A stretch of DNA of 64,000 nt, taken from Raillietiella orientalis (Eukaryota). Position numbers and translations under genes: made by a program. The stretch lies in the NCBI GenBank assembly GCA_036172245.1, contig JAYWIR010000008.1, positions 1,550,001 through 1,614,000 on the forward strand, given 5' to 3'. Positions 10,401 through 24,570 of the stretch are shown here, in pieces; position 1 is the first letter of the stretch; each line of letters begins with the position of its first letter. The notes beneath the pieces are model-generated. The model had not been told where the DNA came from. It searched no databases and worked only from the letters and a program-made list of their open reading frames with translations.

Positions 10401-13400
10401 TATCCTCGTTCCTCCCGTTTCCCGAGTCATACCTCTCACAGGCAGGGAACCAGCACCGAGGCAGGGAACTCCTTGGAGGAGACGCTGGCGGGTTTCCCGA
10501 AGGTAGGCGCCTGGGAGACCAGCAGGAGGGGAAGAAGGGAGGATGGGCGAGCACGTGACTCACGTACCCGACGGGAATTGCCCCTACCATACTCCCCCTA
10601 CCCCTGATGCTGCCCGATGACGTCATTTCTTTACCCTCTCGAAAGCGCAGAGGTCTTCATGCTCTCTGGAGCGGAGCAGGAGGCGGCGGTGGGAGAGGAA
10701 AAGGAAGAATCAACCTTCCCACCTTCTCCTGAAGCTTCCATCTTCCTTTCTCCCTCTTTTTGCGGAGGAGACCTTGCCTAGGGAACGCCGTCCACCTGGA
10801 AGAAGGGACGGTTTAGAGACGGTGCGTTCTTCCAGAAGGAAGCTTCGCAAGGCCCTTCGAAGAATCCCGGCTACGTGTCCGAGCTCCTGGGTATGGTCTC
10901 TTCCGGTATGACTTCCGAGAGTTGAAGCATAGGACCCTCCCGGGAACCACTCGATCCCCGTTCTCCACCCTTTCCTCGTGCTCGGACATCCCGGCTGAGG
11001 GAATCGCAGCTGCGGCTTGCCTCTTCGGAGAGCAAGCAAGGGTGAAGAGGTGATCAGGAGAAAAGGACGGAGCCGGAACCGTTCTCCCCGGAGGCCCAGA
11101 ATGATCCACCCACGCCCCTCCTCCCTTCCAGCGCGGGAACGAGGACGTATCCGGAGACCGCTTGAGAGGAGAGCCAGTGGAGTCCCTTCCGGTCTGCCCC
11201 TTTCCCTCCTTCCTACCCCCATGCTTCTCGGTTGTGCAGCGCGTCGCGTGCGCATGCGTTTCTTCTGCGCCGCGCTCCCAGGAGCGTCAAGGAAGAGCAG
11301 GCAAACTGGGCAGAGGAAGAAAAGGGAGGAGGAAGCGGTTCCTTCCTTCCTCCCCTTCTTTCCCCTTCCCGCTGCCTCATCACGAGTACGTTCGTTTGCC
11401 ATGCGATTCCCAAGGCGATGCGACACCGCCGTACGTCCGGGGTTGTCGGACTCCTCTTGACGGGTCGCATGGGTTGGATGGTTGTTAGTGGCAGTGGCAG
11501 TCGAAGCACAAGGAGACCGGTAGGGGGGGGGGAGGAAGGGAGAGAAAGAAGGAAGAAGAAGAAACTCTCCACGGAAGAGGAAGAGACTGAGGCAGCTGCG
11601 AGTGGGAAGCGGCAGTCTGCTCCGCCCTCCCCTCTTGCGGCCGGCCACCTGGCTCGCAGAAAAATGAAAGGAGAGGCGAAGGTCCAAAAAGGCATGGCGA
11701 GGGAGCTGCACGAGGTGGTACCCTCGCTCTGCTCCCCCCCCTAGCGGCTCCTCCTTGCTAGGAGAGCCACGGCTCCTGGAACGGAACCAGCGTGACGGCA
11801 ACGAATTCCCGAAGGGGAGGAATGGGAAGAGCACAAGGAATCTAGGAGGAAGAGGAGGAGGAGGAGGCGTGGAGGTCGCGTGCCTCCCTTGGGGAGGGGG
11901 CTGAATGCGGCACGCTAATGGGGATTGGCTGACCGCTTTCGTTCACCTTCCTACCCCACCCATTCTTCCTGTTTAGCTTTCCTTTCCTTTTTTCGCCCCT
12001 TCCCCTCCCCCCCGCCTTTTTTTCCAGGCTGTTCCCACGTGCATCCCGTTACCAGCGGACAGGGAGAGGAGGGAGAAAAGCCCTGTGGAGGGCGGCAGGC
12101 CCAACAATGGAAAGGAATGCGCCACACAGGAAGCTACCAGCCGACCACCCCCACACCTTCCTCCACCACCGCTCCAAGTGTTCCCGATCCCATTAGTTCT
12201 CCCCTCTTCCCTCCCTTTCCGTCCTTTGAAGAGCACGATCCCGCTGGCGAGTGCCTTTGGAGTCCCGGATCCATGTTCGCCAGGTTCCTCCTATCCGGAG
12301 GAGGAGATGAGCCGCGCCCCGTCCAATTAGCCCGCCACCAGAGCGGAACGCTGGTGCGCAGAGCAAGGTGGGGGAGAGCGCCGCCTCCCGAATCCTCTGC
12401 ATGAGCATTCCCCTCTTGGGGGAGGGATCCTTCCGTGTAGGCGGAAATAAGAAAGGGGTCTTCGGGAGAGAACTTCATGGATCCTCCCCCTTCTGCCCCC
12501 TCATCCAAGGAGTCGACGGAACAGGGTAGGGAAGAGACGAAGGAGAGAGAGACGTGAGGGAGAGAGACGAAGGGGCAGAGGGGGAATGAGGGAGTGAGGG
12601 TTGGGACAAGGAGAAAAGGGGCAGGAGAGAGAAGGGAGAGCAAAAGAAAAAAATCAGCTGCACTGGCATCCCTCATGCCTCGTGCCATGGGCCTCTCCCT
12701 CCTGAAGCAACCCTACTGGCAAACGGACCGCCCCATTTCTTCCTGCACACGGCGTCTCCCAGGCAACGTCCGCTCGACTCTCGACTCAGCGGAAGGGCGA
12801 GGTGGCTCTTCTCGCGTCTCCCAGCTCTGCGCTTATGCCCCCTTCCCGCCTCAACCCCACTCCCGCGCATCTTCCGTCCCCTCTTCGGACGTTCCCACTC
12901 AGCGAGAGCACGGCATGATTTTGCTAAGCAACGGCGTGGTGTGCTCTCCCTCGACCGGAGGAAGGGAACTGGAGGAGCTCCGGCTTACCCTCGGAGAGTG
13001 GAAGCTGCGAAGAGCATCGGCGCTGAGCGAAGCGCGCGCTTCCGAGGGAGCGCTGCGCGGGAGGAGGGAGGGAATCCTTCCTCCCGTTCGTAGATTTCCA
13101 TCCAGAGCGGACGAAGAGCGTGTCTCCTGCAACCCCCCTCGGCTATCCCCGGTCGTCGTCCAGAAGCATGGGGGAGGAAAGCAGGAGTTGGATGGAAGGG
13201 AAGAGGACGCACAGCTTCTCCCCTAGTGAACGTGCTCTGGAGGGTGTGCCCCGAGCGCGCACCCCCTTCTCCGTCCCCGTTATGAGGGAAAGGGGGTCAG
13301 GGAGTGGGGTGCAGGCTTGCCTGCGCCGCCCGGCAACCGGCGGTGTCGCGCGCTCCTCAACACCCCGTGGGCACTTCTCGCGGTCTCCTGAGGCGCGGCC

Positions 13401-14868
13401 GGAAAAAACGGGGCGAGCAAGAGGAAGACGCGCGTGCGTTTCGCCCCGACCACCCCAAGTGCCCTCGCGGCGGCGGAGGCGGCAAACGAAAAGCGAGCGC
13501 CGCCGCCCGCGGATGCCGCTCGCTCGCGTCCGTGCACAGAGCCCCTTCCCTCCCCTTTCCTCCTCTTCCTCCTCCTTCTCTCTGGGTCCATGCACGCTTC
13601 ACCCGGCCCGAGAGCAGAGCTCCAGTTGCGTGCATCTGCAACGGCGGTGGAGGACGCGCTTCTTCCTTTCACTGCTGCTTTTTCTCGTTCTCACTCTTCC
13701 CCTTGCTGTGGATGCGCCTGCCGGAGCGAGTAGGTGGGGTAAAAGTTGACAAGGGTAGGTGCAAGGAAACAAGAAAAAAAAAAAAATATGCGAGGAACGC
13801 GCTGGCGAGGAGGTCGGCGTTCCCAGGCAGGTCACCAGCCCGAGGTGCCAGACTGACCCCTGCCGAATGCTGGTGGTGCCGGTGGTTCTACTTTTTCTTG
13901 TGCGCCTCGTTTTATTGTTTTCCTCTTCAATTTGGCGAGAGACAACCTGCAATCAGTGGCCGCCCTCCCGGCGACCCTCGAGACGAGATTTATGGCTCTT
14001 CCGACGTGCCTAGTCGAGAGCGAAAACAAACCCCAGGGCCGTCTTCGGCGACCGCCGCTGTTGTCCAGCCTGTGGTCGCCACCCGCCGATAGCAGAGGGC
14101 CCTGCTTGTAGCCCCTGCCAACCCACCTCCTTCCGCGCCGGCACGGTGGAAGAGAGGCTCTTCCCCTCGTCAGGACGGCGCTCGTGGATCGAGGCGAATA
14201 CGGGGTAGCGCAAAGACAACACGGAGCCGCTGAAGACGGCTCTGGCGCTGGGAAGGAAGAGGAAGGGAGGAGAAAGGATCCTGAAGGCAGCAGCCCCTCG
14301 CACCCTGGACGCATATCTGAAACGGGAAAAAAGTCCAATCTGAGATTTGTCCGAGATAGGAGGGACATCTGAAGCTCAGAAAGGAAAACAGGAGACTGGG
14401 CATCCTGGAGGCCGGACGGGACCACTGGAATTTCGTGCCTGCAACCTTGGAGGCTGGGTGCCAGGAGCCCCGGAATGCGGCATAGGGAGCGCTGGAGGCC
14501 GGGAATCCGAGGCGGTGCCGAAGGCTCCGCTCTGAAAATCCACCGGGTTGTCCGGCGTTCGAATCCAACGTCTTCCTTCACCCCTCTGGTGCTCGGCCCT
14601 CGCAGACCTTCAGCTCCACAAAGACAAGCCGAGTCTCACGGTCCGCCCTTGAAAGCTGCGAGGCACCGCATCTTCGTGAAAGGAGCGGCCAGCGTATGTC
14701 CCTCGGAAGCCACGGAAGACCCGAGCCCTCCCTGGTCGCTTCCCACGCGCCTCGGAGGTCCGTTCGTTTCCTCCCCCCTTTCCATTCCCCGGAGGGGAGG
14801 AGGGGAATGCGCTCGCGCTTCGTCGCTTTCCCTCAAAGCTCTGGTTCGAGGCTGCTTTGCGAGACGGA

Positions 14869-14908
14869 GGTTCGAATCCCGCACGAGAAAGGAAAAAAAA
14901 AAAAAAAA
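14869..14908 (+). mobile_element. Pol III B-box followed by poly(A): possible tRNA-derived SINE remnant
   Basis: GGTTCGAATCCC at 14869-14880 and an A16 run at 14893-14908. There is no clear A-box or cloverleaf. Confidence 0.35.
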
Positions 14909-16399
14909 GCCCCGTTGCTGACCGGACGGATGGGCGTCTGTTCGACGCGTTCACCTCCCCCTCCCCTTCCCTAAAGGTCTTTCCTTTATGGTCGCCAGCG
15001 TTTTTCAGCGGAATTCGGATGGACCAGTAGTGAAACCAAGCGAGGAAGCAACCGCAAGATTCGTTCGAGCGAGACCGAACGCGGCATGCCCCGCCACCGC
15101 TACGGGAGAGAGAGAGAGAGAGAGGCCATTGCCATGGATACCAACGGGAATCCGGTATTTCGGTCGAGAAGCTTCCGCGGAAAGGTCTCTCGACTCAAAG
15201 GGAATTCTAGGAGGAACGCTAGGCGGGTGACAAACACGGAAGAGATGACAGCGAGACGGGGCGCGGGCGTCATCTCTCGCCCGTCCTCCTCTCGTCCTGG
15301 AACAATTGGAATAACACTGGCTGGAGGCGAGCCACGGGATGAAGCGGGGAGCGCGCGCGCGCTCCGGCGGGAGGCGCGCAGCATCTCAACAATGGCGCTC
15401 AGCTGCAGACAAAGAGGAACTTTCTCTCCCGACTGTTAAATGGAGTCGTCGCTTCTGTCACGGACTTAACCCTTTCCGTAGGTTCGACCGGGGGCAAAGG
15501 AAAAAAAAAAAAAATCCTTTCTTCCTTCCTTTCCAATTTGCTTCAAATGAGAAGTCGGGCATGACGATTTCGTGACGGGGAGGAGGAGGAGAGGCACCTG
15601 AAATGGAGAGTTTCCGTAATTCGACTCTCTTCGCAGCTGGCAGAGACGGAGGAGGCGAAGGAAAGGAGGAGGAGGAAGAAGAAACGGACAACGCGATGCC
15701 GACGCTTTTTCGCGCGTTTTTCCCACGGCAACGGGCATCTCCAGGGCAGCAGCGAGCGAATCGCGCGTGTCCCGGGACGCGGGGAGCACCTCCGGCCTTG
15801 TGCGCGGAGCCGTGCTCCCGAGAGAGCCGATCACCGGCCCTCCCGCCCTCCCCGCTCGTGGCTGATCCAAAGATCCGTCTTCCCTCTTTCTCTCGGGAAG
15901 GACCTCTTCAGCGTCGCGCGCGTCAAAGATTTGCGACGCACGAGTCCGCTCCTGCCGTAGGAGCGGACTCGTACCGTAGGTACGGCGATGCGCGCGCGCT
16001 GCGAGCGCTGTAGTTTTGCGCGGCCGACTGGCGGACTAATGAATGAGTTCCTGCCCCGCTCTCTTCCCCCGCTAAAGATCTCCGCTACGAACCGGACACG
16101 CGAACTCGAGGAGGAAAGACAGGGAGCGGATGAAGGCAGGGGCGAAAGCGGAGGAGCGATGAATCGGAAAATAGGGAAGGGAGCGCGGAGAGGGGACGGG
16201 GGAGGGGGAATCGGGACCCCCGAGATGCCTATTGCCAGGCGGACAGGAGTCCGCCATGACAACATGCTGAAGGCGGTGTCTCCTACGTGGCGGCTGGCTG
16301 AGCACGAAAAGCCCTTTGAAGCCGCCGAATTGCAACGCAACGCGTTCAATTAAACCCATGACAACGAGTTTTTCTCTTAATTGGAGCTCCTGAACCGTC

Positions 16400-19300
16400 G
16401 CCCAGGATAGGCTTTCGTCTGGACTCCGACGCCACGCGGAGCAACAACATCCTCAGCTCTGGGCACTTGCGGTGAGACCAACCTCCTCCCCTCCCACAGG
16501 GCACACCGTGCAAGTGCAAGAACGTTCTCAACTGCGTACAGCACTGCGTGGCAGTCGACGGCGGTACATTCGCTCCGGTGACGTGACAACCCGCTCCCGC
16601 TTCCTCGTGATTTGTGCCACTGACTATACAAATGGTCTCGCGTCCGTGACCCGCGTTGGCATCAGCGTAGCTGCGGGTCTTCACGCGTAGTACCAAGCAT
16701 CGCGGGTTTGAATCTCGCCCCGGGGAAGGATCGACGCTGAGAACGAGGGGTGCGTCGTGGATGGAGACAATGACACTCGGTTGGCTTGGGGTGCGGCACT
16801 GGTGGAAACCGGTGCCTCCGTCGACTGACCGGGATTGGAAGCTGACCCTCCGGAGTCCTTCCAGGAGTCAAGAAGTCGATTCCCTTCGAGTTCCCCTTCG
16901 GTTGTGAAAAGGGAGCCGTCCATCTCGTGCCCATGGAGCTGGTTGCCTCTCCAGAGTACAAGAAGCGCGCTACTGTCTTCGGGGAACTACCCCCTATAAC
17001 TTGAAGGGTTCCAGGCACCTTCGGGTGGTATGGACTGTGTTGAAGAGCCTTGCACCAACTTGTACAGTGAGGATAACTTGCATGCCGATGCCACAATGTA
17101 CACAGACTCTACGGTGCTCGAAGAGGCTTAATTGGACACGGATTCAGACTCGTACACTGAGTCTAACGTGTACAAGCACTCATCGACAGATCTGACAGAG
17201 ATAAAAGCCAGAGATCTCGGCAGCCTGTGAGCAGATCCGCATCCAGATGAGCGCTCCCCCTGCAGGCATCTTGCACTCGAGAGAATGGAGGCTGCTCCCC
17301 GGCGCGTCAGGTGCTTGGAGGATCCCCAAAACGGGAAGAGCATTCCTGATTCCTCAGAAGTCCCAAAGAAGAGTGCGTATCAGGAACAGGAGCAAGTTCC
17401 TCTTCTCCCTGGACGCGAGGGAAGTGATCTGAAGGCACGTTACCTTGAGGAGATGGGAGAAGCCAGGACCACTCTTTCCCCCCCCTTGGAGTTGGGATCG
17501 AAGGGACCAGAATGCTGGCTCACGTGTTTTCGCGGCCTCCTTGAGCGTCTCTCTTGAAACCCCTCGCGGCTCCTTTCGTGGCTCTTTTCCTCCACCTCCC
17601 AACTGCTCTGGGCCATCGAACTTCCCGGAACGCTTCCTCGTGGCCTCGCGCGCTCCATCCTACCCAGAAGGGCAGGATGAAGACTTAGGGCGTCTCCTTC
17701 GTTCCAGTTCCTCCTGATTGTCTGTTCCCGGAGCAGCGTCGCCAGAGTCGAATCACGGCAGTGCTGGAACGGATGGGAAAGGCGGCCAAATGATGAAAAC
17801 GAGATCTTCGCTATCCTGGATAGGGAAAAGAATCTCTTGGCCAGAGTCCAGTATGAGGGTGTACATTCCGTTTCCCATTGCTGCCCTTGAAAGAGACCTC
17901 TCCTGCTGAAAGAAAGTGATCTTCTCTGACCTCCTCTGCTATTTCTTGAAGGAAAGAAAAAAAAATTTTTTTTCTTCTCCTTTTTGGCCTCTCCTTTTCC
18001 TCACCCTCCTCCTCCTCTTTCGGACTTGACATGTCATCAGTGCCATCTCAAGAGGGGGAACACTTTTCAGCATCTCATCTTCCTCTCTTCTCATTAGCCC
18101 ACGCTAATGAACGAGTGATGCTTTCCTCGGAAGCAGCTCTCACGTTCTCAGGAGCAGCCTCGCCGCGAAGGCGATCGATCTCGGATGTGTCACTTGCACG
18201 AGCTGGTCTGCCCGCTTCGGTATTCTATGCTAACGCGGAAGAGAGAGATGATGACTCGACCCGGGAAGTCGGCGGTGCAAAGCCGCGGGACAGATCCGTC
18301 GCTCTTTTTCCCCGTGGGGCTCACGGCATCGGTAGAAGTGAGCCCAGTCTTGGGAAAGAAGCCTGCTGCAGGATCGTGCGGGACCACTTTCCTGCTTCCC
18401 TCCATCAAAGTTTTCCCCCTTTCCGTTTGTTTTGGTCCTTTCGTCTTTCTTCTTTGCCGTGTCCGAAGGCACTGAGGAACGTGGTCTTTCTCTTCTTCGC
18501 CACTATTGCCATCTTCCAGGTACGCCCCAAGGGTTGTTGCTTGGCTGCTGACCTCATGGAAGGTCACCAGTGAAGGAATGAATCGAGGCTGGAGTCTTCG
18601 TCACCCTTTGTCATTCCGGATGGTTCCCGTGAATTACTCGACACTGTTTCGTGGAACTGATTCACTTCTGCGGCTTCTCATTAGATTTCTGGATTGGTTT
18701 GCATCCGTAGCTGTCAGATGAATGATAACAGCAGCGTCCTGAATGGGAGCTTCATGGAAGGAAGGAAAAGGAGATAGAGGACACCCCACAAATGTCTGTT
18801 CTACCGAGTACCTTCACTGAGTCCATAGTCCCCTCCTCTCTGCTCACTTGGTCTTCCCCTTTCAGGTCTTCGAGATTTGGTCATTATCACAGGGAGGGAG
18901 GGATGTGTGGTCAACCATGAATGAGCACCCTTTTCCGACTACACCCTTCGGAAAGGCTCTTGCTCTAGAAGGCCAGCTTCTGTCTTCGAGCCTGTTGCCA
19001 TGCCTTTGACATGGAAGAAGCGAAAAGAGGTCCTTCGGCTCGGTTCTCTCAAACTGTTTCTCCTATACCAGTCCAGATCAGAGAGCGAGTTGCAACCAAG
19101 CTGTCCTCTAAGGCATATTCTTCTTGGAGTACCGAGACCTTAGTCAGAAATGTTTTTGCGGCGGATGCCACACCTGGAACGCTTTCGAAGCGTTGCAGAT
19201 GCTTCTTCTAAAGCCATCATTTCCGGTGGCTGGAAGGAGTTCCTGAGGCTTCCAGAATACACTGGAATAGAGAGAACAACGATTGAGGGAAGGATGTGTG

Positions 19301-22300
19301 GCCTTAGAAGAAATGGGTCAAAAAGGGTTTGGGACGTGCGCGAAACGGACGGGGAGAAGCAGTCGTGGATCCAGAGTCCTGGCATCCGTGGGGACACCGA
19401 ATGCTTTGGTGAGAGGAGGCACAAGTGAAGCAGAAGTGCTCCGGATGGCCACTGGCTTATCTCCGGAACCAAGTTCCATGATTGGGAGGCAATAGCCTAG
19501 AGTAGAGGGCATCTCGAAACCATCAAAGTGATGAAGCAATTGGAGGGCATCAGGTTCCTCGTTTAGCAGTGACCGCTCGTCATCAGGGAGTAGAGAACAG
19601 AATGGAGGGGGTCAGAGGGGATGATGCGTTGGCGTACACGAAACGCTGGAGGCGAAAAACGACTCCTCACGAAAAAAAAAAAAAAAACCAACCTATGGGG
19701 GAACCACCGAGGCAGTTTTGCAGCCAGACCTAGAGAATGATGATCTCGAGGCGAGGGCAAGGGAGCCCACCAGCAAGGTGTTTCGCAAGGGGGGCCCAGG
19801 GGTCGAGAGAGCAGTCCAGAAGCTGAGATACGTGCCCTCGAAGGTCTCTCAAAGGACTGCTGCATTCACGCACGCTCGAGATGACATCTGGAAGCGCGCG
19901 TGGAAAGCCGAAGAGGCCGAGGTGAAAGAGACGTACTCCCGTTCTATTCGTCCCAGCGCCGTGCCGTGAGCCGAAAGGGGGAAGCGAAATCAAAGATACG
20001 TTCTGGCTGACAGCCATCCTGAATAAGACTTCGATCCCTAGGCGCATGAAGCTCACGGTGGGAGCGCGCAGCTCCTCTGAAAGGGCGTGCGCGCGCCCGC
20101 AATGGGTCCGGGTCACAGCACGCATGCCCGTCGAACGCCGAGACGATGAGTGAGATGTTGCAAGATGACGTTCGGAAAGTTAGACGAGCTGGGGCCCTGC
20201 TGACAGAGAGCTCCGGCCGATTCTTACGGACGGCAGCAGCGGTCCCAGTCGGGCGTGTCGGAAAACAGCTGGCGGCAGCCGTACCAGACTCCTGTGCTTC
20301 CCGCAAGATCACGGCGATTCTTCAGCAAGGGTGAAGAGGAACGGAGGTGGACTGCGGACTGCTCTTTAGACGATTCTTTGGTGAAAGGTGGGGACACCAA
20401 AGTTGGAGGCAGCAGCACGGAGGACAGCCGAGTTTCGGGTTCAAGGGGGTTTTAGGAGTAGGAACGGGAGGAAACACCGCGTTATCCTGAAGCGACCTCT
20501 GGTATGGCTGGACGCGACCGGAGAGATCGGCTGGGGATGGAGGGGGAGAGGCTGAGGGCAGTGCAAAGGGAAGAGAACGCAACTTAAGTGACCACGATGC
20601 ATTTCTCATTTCTACCACCGCTTGCGGAACGGCTCGAGTGCTGCAGGAGCCCAACTTGGGTTCCAGAGATTGGTGCTAGCGGGCATCCTGCAAGGCTCGG
20701 CGTTCCGCAGAGCGTCTCGCTACAGCCTCCCACTGTTGCACCCCGTGGAAGCTAAACGCCGGGGGCAGAGGCGCTGAGGGGGAAGCAGCGAGAGCCGAAG
20801 GATCTACCGGCGTGGCACGGCGTGTGCACCCAGCATTCCTGAAAGCGCACAGGAAACACACAGCCTCCTTCCCCGACCGGAAAGGAGATTTATGGCTCCG
20901 AAACACATCTACTTCTTCGAGTGAAAAATACCTTTCTTTCTTCTCCCTGTCTCAACACGATTCTTCTTTTCTTTCTGCATTAAATCTGCAGCGAAGACGT
21001 TCCTTTTTTTTTTTTTTTTTTCCCCTCAGAGAAGGAGCACTCCTGCTGGTGCGGTGATTTCGTCGGCGGTCTTAATTCTTCCTCCATCTTCTCTCCTCTT
21101 CCCACGGGGGCGCGCGCGCGCGCAAGCTCACCAGGAAGCGGTCGAGATGTCTCGCGGAAAGGAGAGGGAGAGCGAGAGAACAGCGGAGGAGGAGCGCACT
21201 TCCTGAGCACACGCTTTCCTCTCACTGCTCCTCGATCTGAGTGACCATTCCGCCTGCTGGGAAGCAAAGAAGCTCGTAAGAGTCCGGATGTGGCAGCCAT
21301 AGGCTCCTCAGTTCTCTCGGGACAGCGGGGAAAGGGATGAGGAGGAGGAATGCAGGGCACCGTCCCCCACGGAACCATCTCCAGGCACGGGTCCAGAGGG
21401 ATCGATCTGTTTCTCGCATCGGGTCGTTTCCTGGGTGACGACATCAGACGATGCTCTACGGTTTTTGTCTTTTGCTTCCCTGCTTTTTTCCGAGGAACGC
21501 AGCTCGATTGATCCAACAGGGAAGAAATCGCCTCCTCTCCCAAACGCAGATGTTTGATCATCGTCCTCACTCGGTTTATCATAGCGCACGCCCTGCTGTG
21601 AGCTCACTCTTGTCTCCTAAAGAGGCTGGTTGCTCATCCATCATCCGGCGCGAACGAGACGTTTGAGAAACAAACGCATGGCTGCCAACACACCAAGTTT
21701 TGTGCAAGTCATGGTGGAAGACAGCGGCTGATCTCAGTGGGTTATGATGGATGATCGGTAATGACATTGTTATGTTTATACAAAGATGGCCTTTCGCGGA
21801 AAACCCACCAAAGAATGGGATGTAATGATAGGGTTGTTGCAAATGACAACATCGTGGACTTTATTTCTCCTGGAATATTCATTTACGAGGGCTTGCGTCC
21901 TGACCTATCTTCTGCTTCATCTGGCAAAGTGCTTTTCTGGGAGTTACTAATTGTTTTATCCATTCACAGAATGGCCTCCCATCACAAAAGTACCGGACTA
22001 TTAATAACCGTCGCATACAAGTTCCATTGACAGACATTATTCCGGTGCCCAGAAAAAGACGGCCTCGAAGATGTTATTGTGTTCAGAGAAACACGAAATC
22101 CGAGGCCCTCATCTAGCAGTTATAATTTTTGAAAAGCAATTACCAGCACAAAGACGTCAAGAATGTAAGGATTCATTCCTCCTCGGGAGAATAACGTGGA
22201 ACAGTTGACATTTCAGAGTAAGGTACCATCAGGCGAGGCCCCCAAAAGGGTGCCGAGCACGACAGAATTCCCAAAGACGAGTAGGACACCACTGCAGAGG

Positions 22301-24570
22301 AAGGGGAAGAGAAGGATGGCCCGGTGCAGAGACCTCGAGGTGCCATAGGGCCCGAGAGAATCATCCCAACGAGCACCTCGAAGCACCAGAGGACGAGGAT
22401 GCATCTTCGTTCAGTGACTGAGCGCTTCCCACTTGCCAGCTGCTGAAGGTCCTACACTCCCTGCAGAGTTTGCTTATTGGTGAACTCGAAATCCTGCTGC
22501 CCGTTGAGTCCTTGCTGGGGGTAAGCGCTGATCACACATAAGATACAAACCTGTGGAAGAGCGGGAGCGAATAGCGGGAGGCTGGTCGAGAACGAGGAGA
22601 TCGAAAGCCGGCATCGGTGAAAGAGGCAACATGACTGGACGGAAGAGAATGGTATCTGAGTAAATGAGGCATGGGTTGTGTGGCTTGAGAAACTTGGCCG
22701 AAGGAAGGTTCTGTGGTTGCACTGATTACGGCTTTAGCTTCCTCATCTCGTGAGAGGTTTCCTGCCCCGCCTCGTCAAACGGGGCCAGAAGATTCAAGCC
22801 AGATGTGAGCCTGGATCCTGGAGCGAACGACGACCTCGTGCACTGTGCACTTCCAGCTGCTAAGAACCTTCACGTTATCGGACTGGACGTTCCTGAACAG
22901 CATCAGGCAGCTCTTCAAAAAATGCGTCAGCCTGCCAGGAGGCATGCAGGCCGTTCAACGAGATGCATCAGCCCAGCTAATTGACATAAAGAGGCCGACA
23001 ACTTCGCAACGGGCAGTTGCTTTAAATGCAACCTCGCTAGATCTAGCCACGCAAGAAATTATACCCAAGAACCGTACTCTTGGCGGTGAGAAGGAGGCCA
23101 CCACGTTCTCCGCCGACGGATGAGGATCTGGGAGGGAAAATTCACGTCCGAGGTGATCGATTTAACGTGCCCAACGGCGACATCAAGAGCATTTGGGCAG
23201 TGGTCAGACGGGGATCCGACCGAACGAAGGTAAAGCGGACCCTTGAAAAGGCAGTGCCGAAAATCAGATTTGAGAAGGAGGGGAGGAGCTGGAGTTGCCA
23301 CATAAGCCACATCTGACCTACGTTTGACACACTCATGAGAGAGAAAGTGGCCTCCAGCCTACGCAGGATTCAATGCAAGGCAGCATGCGTATTTTCTGTC
23401 ACGAAACACCTGCTTCGAGGAATGGCCATGCCCGGCATTTGGACGCTGGTCGACAGAGCATCCTGACAATGCTTCCTCATCTTCCATGGTCTCGAGCCTC
23501 AGGGCATTTTCTGTCCAACGGCAAGCACCTCCTGCTTGTAGGCTACAGACTGACTCACGCGGCAGAAAGTTTCCTGACTGCCTGTGGGGTGATGTCTCCC
23601 AGGGATGGTGTTCATCTCACGTATAAGGGGTGTGTGGCGCGGGAGGAATGCCTAGGACACATTCCCAATGGCATGCATTAACAAAAAAGTCAGGCACGGA
23701 GAACAGGTGTGCCAAACCAAGAGACCTGCTCTGGAACATTGGGAGTTGATGGTCTCCAGCCGCAGTGGTTTCCCTCGAGCAAGTGGCCTTCTTGCTTCGT
23801 TGAAGTGGCTCTCGTTCCTCTCGCTGGGAGATCCTTCCTGCCTCCCGCACTGGAAAGGCAGCATTCAGAAAGGCCACTAGGATGGCTCGGTGGGAATATC
23901 GGGGAACAGTGGTCAGCATCAGCGTTAGAGACAGGCCATCCCAAGCTGGGGAAGATGCCGGCATGTCAGAGGAGCAAGACTGGCAGCACAAAGCTGGCCT
24001 CGCCTTATCCAAATGGACCATCTCATTCCAGCACTGGATGAATGGATGCAAGGGAAGGAGATTTGCGGCAGTTTGCGCTGTTCCTCAAATCGTCCAGCTT
24101 TGCAGCTGCTTGTAAGCCGCTCACGCACGTCACCAAATAAGGCACCGGACTAAGGAACGCCGCCACGCCTCAGCGGGAAGGGTGCCCAAAGAATGTACCC
24201 ACTGCGATGAGAAACTGCAGCACGTGCTTCTGGAATGGGGAAAGCGGCGTCAGGGATGGAAGTGCGCTACTGAGAAAATCCAGCTCCCCTCTGCCACCCC
24301 ACAGGACCTATTTCGAGAAACTCTCGCTTCTCTAGTTTCCTGCCTACTCTCTGGCGAGCAGCCGTGACCGCCAAAATGTAGAAGGAGGATGGTCCAATCT
24401 GGGATGTGAAGTGCCAAGGGGTGATCTTCAGTCGATTTTAGGCAAGCTGACCCGACACCGCTAAACGCACTTCATTTCCCATCGCTTTCCTTCAAAATGA
24501 GAATCGTCGGGAATATTTTCAGTACCACGAGACTGTCCCCTCTCATCCCCTATTTATTTATTTATTTATC
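16400..24570 (+). mobile_element. Degenerate L1/Tx1-like LINE (ORF1 knuckle, APE, RT, CCHC), interrupted by other sequence
   Basis: ORF1-like DCVEEPCTNLYSEDNLHAD (~17033). APE-like IAAL/KET (~17876), CLAADL (~18538, cf. GDFN) and DVW (~18902). WNAFEA (~19174, cf. WDAFKA). RT-like GFIPPR (~22169), LSDWTFL (~22875, cf. DRVDWxFL), FSAD (~23106) and CLPHWKG (~23838, cf. CLPKxxGG). Knuckle CTHCDEKLQHVLLE (~24194). A (TTTA)4 tract at ~24551 is a possible 3' tail. Confidence 0.7.

Noticed and set aside
16660..16725. tRNA-like T-arm GCGGGTTTGAATCTCGC
   Set aside because: No cloverleaf or A-box could be built, and it lies within the putative LINE ORF1 region.
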